DNA from: Azolla caroliniana | Taxonomy: Eukaryota; Plantae; Polypodiophyta | Length of the DNA: 8,791 nucleotides | Assembly (NCBI GenBank): GCA_043228905.1 | Contig: JBHGNT010001415.1 | Coordinates: 1-8,791 of the forward strand | Direction: 5' to 3' | Shown here: in pieces, positions 1 through 7,209 of the stretch | How the letters are laid out: every line of letters starts with the position of its first letter | Numbering within the stretch: position 1 is the first letter of the stretch | The notes under the pieces: generated by a model | The model's database searches: none | What the model was told of the DNA's origin: nothing | What the model saw: the letters and a program-made list of their open reading frames with translations, nothing else | Made by a program: the position numbers and the translations under genes

Positions 1-599
1 CAAATTTTAGATAGCAACTTACATATTGTTTGTAATTTAGCGCTTCTCTTGTTCCAACCATCCATCTACGACCACCAAAAGTGTTTTCACTCTGAATGAT
101 ATATTTGGCCTTACTTCAAAAAAGAAACATGTAGATACATCGGTAAGATAGGCATATCAAGTTTAAGATTTAACATATGGTCTTGCAGGTTGATGTCTAC
201 AAGATAGGTATTAGTTTACAAGGTCTTGCATTCCCTCATCATCTCGATCTTTTTTGCTATGCATAACTAAGTATCTATTGTCAACACCAGATTGTATGAA
301 ATATTATTTATTGATAGTTTATTTTATATGTTCTAAAGTTGAATGCCTACCTATGGGCCATGGCATTACATTTTGAAGTGCATCGTGGAATTTCCTTTAA
401 AACAACACTTAAAGCCTTTAAATATATTGGTTAATTAACAACTCTTTACATATAGATTGATAATCTTACTTTATTAAAGCTCTGATATTTAAGCATTAAA
501 TTTATAAATCTTCTGCTTTGCAACCTTATATAGTGGCAATGGTTGCTAGAAGGTGGTCTTCGACAAGTTAGGTGCAACATAAAACTATTACAAAACAAG

Positions 600-1183
600 A
601 CAAGTATTTGGACATGTAAAGCTAGCATGAAGTTTTTCAATCTGGCTATGTTACTTGAAGATGAGTACAAGAGTGTATAACACAACTACAATAATGGTTG
701 AATTGCATATGGAGTATGAGACTTTCATGATAGGAAAGGAATATCATAATTGCTTCTCCTCATGTTGATGAGAGAGTGAAGTGGATTGCATAAAGACGGA
801 ACAAAAGGGATGGGCAAACCATCCTACTTCTTCATCATAGATAATTATGACAAGATGATATGCCCGTATATTTTCTAAAACGTAAGATTGAGGATCTTAA
901 AAGGATAATAAATTGGTATGAAATATTGGAGAAGCAAGTAGTATGAATGTAAAATGTAAAATATCTTTGGATTGATCAGGGAGGATAATTTCTTATAAGT
1001 TAGTTTTAGGAATATGTAGTGATGATTCATGAACTTGTTTACAAACATCCATCACAAACACCTCAAGAATGAAATCAGTGTGAAGCCATCAAAATATTGG
1101 AAGAATATTGTATAGTTTTAAGGGTGTGAAATTGTAAGGTTGTTACTCTTGGAAAGTTGTGAGGTATAAGAGATCGTGTATTT
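600..1183 (+). mobile_element. Degenerate Ty1/copia GAG-pre-integrase and integrase core remnant
   Basis: Manual translation with frameshifts and stops gives copia motifs in the expected order: W/H..L.H-like (~603-630); YETFMIGK (715-738, cf. CETCxxGK); LHKD (cf. IHSD); YFFIIDNYDKM (825-857, cf. YFxxxIDDYSR); LEKQ...VKYLWIDQGG*F (926-991, cf. VEKQ..IKxLRTDxGGEF); TPQE (1058-1069, cf. TPQQNG); LRV*NCK (cf. LRVFGC); IRDRVF (~1183, cf. SRDVxF). A weaker NLI*WQWLLEGG match at ~522-557 may extend it upstream. Confidence 0.8.
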
Positions 1184-1294
1184 CTCTTGTATTCTACATA
1201 CATAAATTTGAAACACCTTGAGTTAGAGACTTGAGAATTACGTCATTAGACACCTTGTCTTAATTTCACCTTCCTTGAGGAATCTATCATCAAC

Positions 1295-1650
1295 TCCTAC
1301 TAGCCCCTTGGTGTCTTAGTCAGACTATATAGAACATTTGCAATATCAAGACCTTGCTTTCTTAATCAAGTAACTCAAAACACACTTGTTGCTTCATGTT
1401 TACCTCATTTTTTACATCTCTTTATAAAGGAAAACTTCATATCCATCTTGAATACTAGGCAACTTTGTGTACCAAACATTGTCAAGATCACTAGAATAAA
1501 TCTAAGCCTTTTATTTGGACCAAATGATTCCTCAAAATCAACTCCCTTCTAATACACACCTTTTATTCACAACTAGTCATGTTCTAAAACCCATCAACCT
1601 TGTACTTGGTTTTCTACATTTTATTTCTCCAAGGGGTTTCAATTTTTCTT
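1295..1650 (-). mobile_element. Degenerate Ty1/copia reverse transcriptase (RVT_2-type) remnant
   Basis: The reverse complement reads, in order: KTKYKVDG (~1613-1590); *LVV (cf. RLVA); KGVDFEESFGP (1548-1516, cf. GIDYEETFAP); FKMDMKFSF (cf. HQMDVKSAF); EVNMKQ (cf. EVYMxQP); VLYSLTKTPRG** (~1335-1297, cf. ALYGLKQAPRAWY). Confidence 0.88.
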
Positions 1651-1679
1651 TTTGAACTAACAAGAGAATTAGGATGGTG

Positions 1680-1850
1680 ATTGAGGGGGAAGACGACCAA
1701 AGCTGCATTGCTATCCAAAGAATACATTATCGCAAGGGTAGACTAAGTGTATGAAGATGTTTGTTTACAAAGGGGCAAGGGCTGGAGCATATTAAGAAAC
1801 TATTGTGGATCATTCATTTAAGCAACAGAATGGCAACAAACAAATCAAGA
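1680..1850 (+). mobile_element. Degenerate Ty1/copia RNase H C-terminal remnant
   Basis: EDDQSCIAI (1689-1715), then after a frameshift KNTLSQG*TKCM (1718-1753), cf. copia EDNQSCIAIxKNPxxHxRTKHI. The 3' boundary is approximate. Confidence 0.7.
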
Positions 1851-2251
1851 TGAATAAGATGATACAGGAATGGTGATGTGCAAGTTTATGCAACGAAACG
1901 ATGCAAGAGTTCACTATATTAAAGATAACGCAAAATTGGAAATAAATTGAATCATGTTGTCAATAGCTCTTTGTAAATGGAAGGCAATAGATCTATTTGG
2001 GTTAGCTATTATGGTCAACTAGCTTACTGTACTGATATCGGTTCTCACTATTAGGCATTCATTCGCCTTCATATTTGCTCACTACTATAGGATTCCTTCT
2101 GTTCAATCATGCTCATGATGGGTTGATCTCTAGAGTGTTGAGAATACACATGCTTTAGGTGTTTAATAGTGTGCGGAATCGCATGTGCAAGCTGTGGACT
2201 CAAGAGTCGTTACATGGTCATTGGCATGCCTTTTAAGGAGTTGGAGCAGGA

Positions 2252-2281
2252 TGACTTGACTTGACTTGACTTGACTTGACT
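2252..2281. repeat. (TGACT)6 pentanucleotide microsatellite, forming five overlapping TTGACT W-box matches
   Basis: Six perfect TGACT units read directly from the sequence. Confidence 0.95.
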
Positions 2282-2462
2282 GGGTCTCTCCTTCAAGACA
2301 TGCCCTTCAACTCGAGACATTCTTCAAACGAGAAAACGGTCACCAATATTCAAACGGTCATAACGTCTGATGGTCAATACCCAAAATAAATACAAGGGAA
2401 TCAGAACCAGACCTCCGTTTCCTGCTAAACCAGTCTTTTCTTTTCTTTTCAGGTGAGCAATC

Positions 2463-2478
2463 TGTGTGTGTGTGTGTG
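2463..2478. repeat. (TG)8 microsatellite
   Basis: Read directly from the sequence. Confidence 0.95.
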
Positions 2479-2533
2479 TAAAAATAGCCGGGATTTCCTT
2501 GCAGGTTAAAGAGATCCATATCTGTGTGAAAAG

Positions 2534-2560
2534 TTAGGGTTTGAAAGATCTGGTATATAA
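2534..2560 (+). promoter_or_regulatory. Possible promoter/5' UTR remnants of the CK2alpha pseudogene: telo-box (TTAGGGTTT, 2534-2542) and TATA-like TATATAA (2554-2560)
   Basis: Motif matches 70-100 bp upstream of the first recognisable CK2 codons. They are short and could be chance. Confidence 0.25.
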
Positions 2561-2625
2561 GCACTGCGAGGACCTGCTCCCATAGAGAGAGACCTGGGCG
2601 ATCAGAAGGTTGTAGACGAGAGCAT

Positions 2626-2679
2626 CTCAACAGACCAAAAGAATACTGGGATCACGAAAGCTCTCATTATTGAATGGAG
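2626..2679 (+). pseudogene. CK2A: CK2alpha pseudo-exon 1 (3' part)
   Basis: LNRPKEYWDHE, then 1 extra nt, then ALIIEW, followed by the donor AG|GTAATG at 2680. Matches CK2 RPxEYWDYExLxxxWG. No start codon is recognisable. Confidence 0.85.
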
Positions 2680-2708
2680 GTAATGAAAGTTTCTTTCTCT
2701 CATAGTCT

Positions 2709-2729
2709 TCATCATCATCATCATCATCA
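2709..2729. repeat. (TCA)7 microsatellite in CK2 intron 1
   Basis: Read directly from the sequence. Confidence 0.95.
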
Positions 2730-2826
2730 CGTTCTCTTGTTTGTGATCATTGTCATCCTCTCTATGATGATGGATCAATCAATGTATACCTGAGTATGAA
2801 TCCAAAATTCTTTCTGTTGAATTTAG

Positions 2827-2956
2827 TGATCACAAAATGTACGAGGTGGTTAAGAAGGTTGGATGAGGCAAGTACAGCGAGGTCTTTGAAGGTATTTACA
2901 TAATCGAGAACCACACCTGTGTCATCAAGACCTTGAAACCAGTCAAGAGGAATAAG
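2827..2956 (+). pseudogene. CK2A: CK2alpha pseudo-exon 2 (Gly-rich loop, VIK lysine, basic cluster)
   Basis: Acceptor TTTAG (ends 2826) and donor GTGCGT (2957). Translation: [45 protein letters not shown] at 2864-2866 replaces the Arg of GRGKYS. Confidence 0.93.
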
Positions 2957-2976
2957 GTGCGTCAAAGAACCATAAA

Positions 2977-3082
2977 AATCCTTCACATGAGTTGTAATAT
3001 CAAACACGAAACCTCTAATCCTAAACACGATTTGTATTATCAAACAAAAAACCGAAACCTTAAACATGAGTTGTATTATCAA
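2977..3082. repeat. ~39-40 bp minisatellite, about 2.7 copies, in CK2 intron 2
   Basis: The core ACA(T/C)GA(G/T)TTGTA(A/T)TATCAA starts at 2985, 3025 and 3064. Confidence 0.85.
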
Positions 3083-3563
3083 GCCTTAGGCGATAAGCCA
3101 TATGCCATGAACCATAAACAGACGAAACTATTTCTTACACTATTAAAGACTTTGGGGTCATGTATCCCTTTTGGATGGTTTCTTCACTTGTTAATTTCGC
3201 ACAAGTTCTGAATGATGTGAAGAGGAAAAACTCAGCTATAATGAACATTCCATTTTCGACAAACTTTCTTCTTCGGATTTTTTGATGAAAATCCGTGAAG
3301 CACATGGGTTGTTTCAATGTTAAATTCTCATATCTGGTATGCGGGGTTGATAGCATTATGGATTTTACCCCTTACATTATGCATTACAGGTGCTATGTAA
3401 CACATGTGTGGTATGTGCTGTTTTATTTTCGCACCCGTTTATGTTTGTGGTCCAGGGGGGGATAGTATAATCTTTCTAATGTGTTTTTTTGCAGCATATA
3501 TCTCATTTAATTACTTTTTTCCTGTTTGTTACAAAGGATTGGTTACAATTATCACTCTTTCAG

Positions 3564-3746
3564 ATCCAGAGGGAGATTCAAATCCTACCAAACCTTTGTG
3601 GAATGTCTTGTAAGCTCTAGATTATTTCCATTCACAATGTGTAAAACCTCAAAATGTGATGATCGATCCGACGTAAAGGAAGCTTGGCCTCTTTGACTGG
3701 GCACTCATGGAGTTCTATCATCCTGAAAATGTTCGAGTTGCGTAAG
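3564..3746 (+). pseudogene. CK2A: CK2alpha fused pseudo-exons: alphaC region joined by deletion to the catalytic/activation segment
   Basis: Acceptor TTTCAG, then IQREIQILPNLCG (3564-3602), an 11-nt spacer, and [42 protein letters not shown] (3614-3742). About 50 codons (GPNI...YELLK) are missing. Confidence 0.92.
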
Positions 3747-5200
3747 ATCTGTTTCGGATTTAATCCATAAATACATTGTTCCTTGACTTGTACAAGAACT
3801 ACATTACATTCTCTTGAAGAAGTACAGCTAGTCTCTTGTTTTAAGCAGAAGTTACTTGGACACTTTGCTCTTTCTGTATTTGAAGATCTTCAAGGGTGCT
3901 GAGCTTTTGGTCAATCTTCAAGATTATGACTATTCTTTGGACATGTGAGTCTTGGATGTATTATGTTTGCTGGAATGATGAGATCGGCGGAGTTCTTCTT
4001 ACTTCATGCTGGAATGTTTGAGTTGTGTCAAGGTCTTTTTTGAATTTAATCCATAAATACCGCTATGTGTGAGATTGTTTCTTGTTGACCTGTACAAGGG
4101 CTACATTACATTCTCTTGAAGAGCTAGAGTTATCTCTTGTTTTAAGCAGAAGTTATCTGGACACTTTGATTTTCTGTAACTGAAGATACTTCAAGGGTGC
4201 TGAGCTTTTGGTTGATCTTCAAGTTTATAACTATTCTTTGGACATTTATAGTCAAGTTATTATTTTATGCTGGAATCTTCGAGTTGCATCAAGGTCTTTT
4301 TTGAGTTTAATCCATAAATACTGCTATGTGCGAGATTGTTTCTTGTTGACTTGTACAAGTGCTACATTACATTCTCTTGAAGAGGTAGAGTTAGTCTCTT
4401 GTTTTAAGCAAAAGTTACTTGGACAATTTGCTGTTTCTGTATTTGAAGATCTTCAAGGGTGCTGACTCTGAGCTTTTGGTCGATGTTCAAGATGATGACT
4501 ATTATTTGGACAAGTGTAGTCTTGGATGTATTTTGTTTGCTGGAATGATGAGTTCAGCGGAGTTCTTACGTCATGCTTGGACAATTTGTTGTTTCTGTAT
4601 TTGAAGATACTTCAAGGGTGCTGAGTTTTTGGGCGATCTTCAAGATTATGACTATTCTTTGGACATGTGTACTCTTGGATGTATTTTGTTTGCTGGAATG
4701 TTGAGTTTGGTAGAGTTCTTACTTCATGCTGGTAAGTTCCTTGTTGACTTGTACAAGGGCTACATTACCTTCTCTTGAAGAGGTAAAGTTAGTCTCTTGT
4801 TTTAAGCAGAAGTTATTTGGACACTTTGATTTTCTGTAACTGAAGATACTTCAAGGGTGCGGAGCTTTTGGTTGATCTTCAAGTTTATAACTATTTTTTG
4901 GACATTTATAGTCACGTTATTACTTTATGCTGGAATCTTCGAGTTGCATCAAGGTCTTTTTTGAGTTTAATCCATAAATACTGCTATGTGCAAGATTGTT
5001 TCTTGTTGACTTGTACAAGGGCTACATTAGGCGGAGTTTTTACTTCATGCTTGGACAATTTGTTGTTTCTGTATTTGAAGATACTTCAAGGGTGCTGAGC
5101 TTTTGGGCGATCATCAAGATTATGACTATTCTTTGGACATGTATACTCTTGGATGTATTTTGTTTGCTGGAATGATGAGTTTGGCAGATTTCTAACTTCA
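3728..5200 (+). repeat. Six-copy mosaic tandem array of a CK2alpha intron plus the YFKG(P/A)ELL...AGM exon
   Basis: The anchor TTCAAGGGTGC occurs at 3889, 4190, 4452, 4611, 4850 and 5085 (spacings 301, 262, 159, 239, 235). Each is preceded by part of the same intron (...TTTCTGTA..TGAAG|A). Confidence 0.95.
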
Positions 5201-5318
5201 TTTCATGCGCAATGGTCTTTGGTCTTCAGATTTTGTTTTGGTCTTAAAAAGGTTGTGCCACATAAAAGAAAACATGGAGAAGACGATGACTATTTTAATC
5301 TATAACAACATATTTCAT

Positions 5319-5380
5319 TGAACAGATTAAACTCTATATATATACAAACAAAATTTGCAAGGAATTTTAGATAACAAAAA
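5319..5380 (+). pseudogene. Possible highly decayed CK2alpha exon (GTDELxxYLNKY..ELD)
   Basis: With small indels it reads *TD/KLYIYTNKICKE/LD and ends at a GTAAG donor (5381). It lies in the expected collinear position, but similarity is weak and the DNA is AT-rich. Confidence 0.35.
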
Positions 5381-5439
5381 GTAAGAAGATTTATGGTTTT
5401 AATCTCAAGAATAATAAAGTCTTTTATTTTTTAATCTAG

Positions 5440-5503
5440 GCATTGCAGGAAACCATAGGAAGTATTCATTAATTTTGAGAATGAACATTTTATAACAGTT
5501 GAG
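5440..5503 (+). pseudogene. CK2A: CK2alpha late pseudo-exon
   Basis: A T-rich tract with a CTAG acceptor (ends 5439), then HCRKP*EVFINFENEHFITVE, cf. [22 protein letters not shown]. TAG at 5456 replaces Trp. Confidence 0.85.
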
Positions 5504-5778
5504 GCTAGTAATGAAATAGAAACCTAGGAAAACACTGTGTGGATATGTTTTTAGTTATCTAAGTAACAGGCCAAAAATAATTTTTTGGCAGTTGATTTCG
5601 TTACGATTTCTTGTATCTATTTGAGGGAGGACTATAATTTCGGATCTGGTAGGGAGACATTGCTATGAGTTTCGTTGCGGCATCCTTGTCCTCTAGGACG
5701 ATTTGACAGAAACCTTTACTAAGAAGTTGGACTTCCTTTATTCCACCTACTTGTGCATGGTACTTGCCTTGCAACATA

Positions 5779-5920
5779 GCATATGACTGCTATTCGCTCA
5801 AGGCGATCTATCTCCTGCTCCAATAGAAACATTTCTTTGCTAGTGAAACTAATCTCAACAGGACTCTCGCTACCTGAGTTATATTTATCTTGCGTTTTCT
5901 CTTTATAGAAAGAGGGGCGT
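5779..5920 (-). mobile_element. LINE ORF1 fragment (diverged copy), homologous to 6769-6909
   Basis: The minus strand encodes KTQDKYNSGSESPVEISFTSKEMFLLEQEIDRLERIAVIC, versus KMQDKSNSNNDGPIEIIFNNEEMLLLEQEIERLERIAVIC in the + copy. Confidence 0.8.
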
Positions 5921-6097
5921 CGGACGATCCGTCGCCATTGCCAAGTGGTCCATCGCCTACTCTGTTGCCCACCATTAATCAATCGTAGGGCGTGATCCAG
6001 GAGTAGGAATCTTATCAAAAGAGGAGTTGCACAGAGACAGACAAATAGACAGAGCACCAAAACAAGCAGAAGCAAGCGCCTGAGAAACAGAAAAAAG

Positions 6098-6115
6098 GAA
6101 GAAGAAGAAGAAGAA
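6098..6115. repeat. (GAA)6 microsatellite
   Basis: Read directly from the sequence. Confidence 0.9.
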
Positions 6116-6277
6116 TAAGGGATGAGCAGCGGCCACCGCGAAACGGAGCAAGAGCGGGAGCAGGGGTGGAAGCGCGCCCACCCGACAACACAGAGTGGAG
6201 AGCACACAAGGCTGTTGTCGCCGCGCACAGTCGTTAAGGCTACACCCCAACAGGAGTGCCCCCCTAGTTCGTTAAGG

Positions 6278-6383
6278 TTATCTTGCATTTTTCCATTATC
6301 GATCGAGGGGCCTGTTTGTGGTATGTGTTCGATAGGGGTGATGTTCGAAGTTTCCATGATTAACGGAGTCTTCTAATGTGTTT
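6278..6383 (-). mobile_element. LINE ORF1 5' fragment; inverted copy of 6699-6803
   Basis: Manual alignment gives about 9 substitutions and one 1-nt indel over ~106 bp (~90% identity). Confidence 0.88.
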
Positions 6384-6698
6384 GGGGGTAGTAGTCAGAC
6401 TTTTTTTCCCCCCATACTTGGTCGTTCCATCCTCTCGGTTGAGAGCTGCACATCATTGTTCTAGCATGCCTCGGGCCTTAGGAGCAGAAGAATTCCTTCG
6501 TGGTTTTTTCCCCTACTCAAATCCATCGCGCCATGCCATGAAACTCCATGTCATATATTTTATTTTCCGCCATATTGAGTTCATGTTTGGCATGGCGACT
6601 TGTCCTACGATCTAACTACATGAGGAGTATCTCTGTTGGAGTCGTTGGAAGGCTATTAGGCCCTGTTTTGTCCTCTGGTGCTTCTCCATCAATCAGGG

Positions 6699-7209
6699 AA
6701 ACACATTGGAAGACTTAGTCAATCATGGAAACTTCGAACATCGCCCCTATCAAACACATAGCACAAACATGCCCCTCATCGATAACGGAAAAATGCAAGA
6801 TAAAAGCAACTCTAATAACGATGGTCCTATTGAGATTATTTTCAATAACGAAGAAATGCTTCTACTTGAGCAAGAGATAGAGCGCCTTGAGCGAATAGCG
6901 GTCATATGCCGCGTGATGGGAACACAACCAAACAAAGGATTGTTGTGAGATATGTTGCAAGCTAAATTTCATTCACAACTATGTGGTATAAAAGAAGTCC
7001 AACTGCTTGGTAAAGGCTTCTATCAAATCATACTAGAGGACAAGGATTCTGCAACGAACCTCATAGCAATATCTCCCTACCAGGTTCGAAACACATGGTT
7101 GTTCATGCGTAAATGGACACATCAACAGGATGATTCCATGAAAAAGGTAACAATGTTGTTCCTGGGATTATCCTTAGAATACAACATGTTACTTCCCACT
7201 ATCACCATT
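6699..7209 (+). mobile_element. Truncated plant L1-type LINE ORF1 (DUF4283-like), interrupted by one in-frame stop
   Basis: ORFs 6706-6948 and 6952-7212 share a frame and are separated by TGA at 6946 (probably CGA originally). The joined peptide AVICRVMGTQPNKGLL*DMLQAK...IKEVQLLGKGFYQIILE....A..LI..SPY......LFMRKW fits the recalled DUF4283 pattern (V..LG.G.F...F......L...PW......L...W). No zinc knuckle or ORF2 follows. Confidence 0.78.

Larger units (their letters stand above)
2620..5610 (+). pseudogene. CK2A: Casein kinase II catalytic subunit alpha pseudogene (unprocessed, intron-containing)
   Basis: Collinear CK2alpha peptides with plant-type intron positions: RPKEYWDHE/ALIIEW | [22 protein letters not shown]...[13 protein letters not shown] | IQREIQILPNLCG // [42 protein letters not shown] | [20 protein letters not shown].SLGC..FAGM (x6) ... 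| HCRKP*EVFINFENEHFITVE ... AVDF. Disablements: stops at 2864, 3674 and 5456; +1 frameshift at ~2659; large deletion at ~3603. Confidence 0.95.

Noticed and set aside
446-685. 79-aa minus-strand ORF (likewise 2358-2630, 6376-6615, 6750-6935 and 7937-8176)
   Set aside because: These are short, have no recognisable motifs, and several are antisense to TE remnants. They are treated as chance ORFs.
1680-1693. TTGAGGGGGAAGA as a polypurine tract before an LTR
   Set aside because: It runs directly into the RNase H EDDQSCIA codons, and no LTR start follows.
2453-2504. 5' UTR intron (CAG|GTGAG ... TTGCAG) containing (TG)8
   Set aside because: The sites look good, but 52 nt is very short for a plant intron and there is no transcript evidence.
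2762-3613. ORFs 2762-3082(-), 2933-3211(+), 3135-3356(-) and 3404-3613(+)
   Set aside because: They are antisense to CK2 exon 2 or run through intron and minisatellite sequence, and have no recognisable domains.
4208-5098. ORFs 4208-4465, 4419-4604 and 4868-5098 as independent genes
   Set aside because: They are read-throughs of duplicated CK2 exon and intron units that start at TTG codons.
3728-5200. CRISPR-like array or functional mutually exclusive exon cluster
   Set aside because: Units are 160-300 bp, the sequence between anchors is itself repeated intron, and there are no cas genes in this eukaryotic context. Upstream exons carry stops and the native donors are mutated, so a working Dscam-like cluster is unsupported.
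5885-6293. AAAA(T/C)GCAAGATAA on both sides of the GC-rich segment as a target-site duplication
   Set aside because: Homology extends ~35 bp with several mismatches, and the two LINE pieces differ in divergence from the + copy. Two separate copies explain it better.
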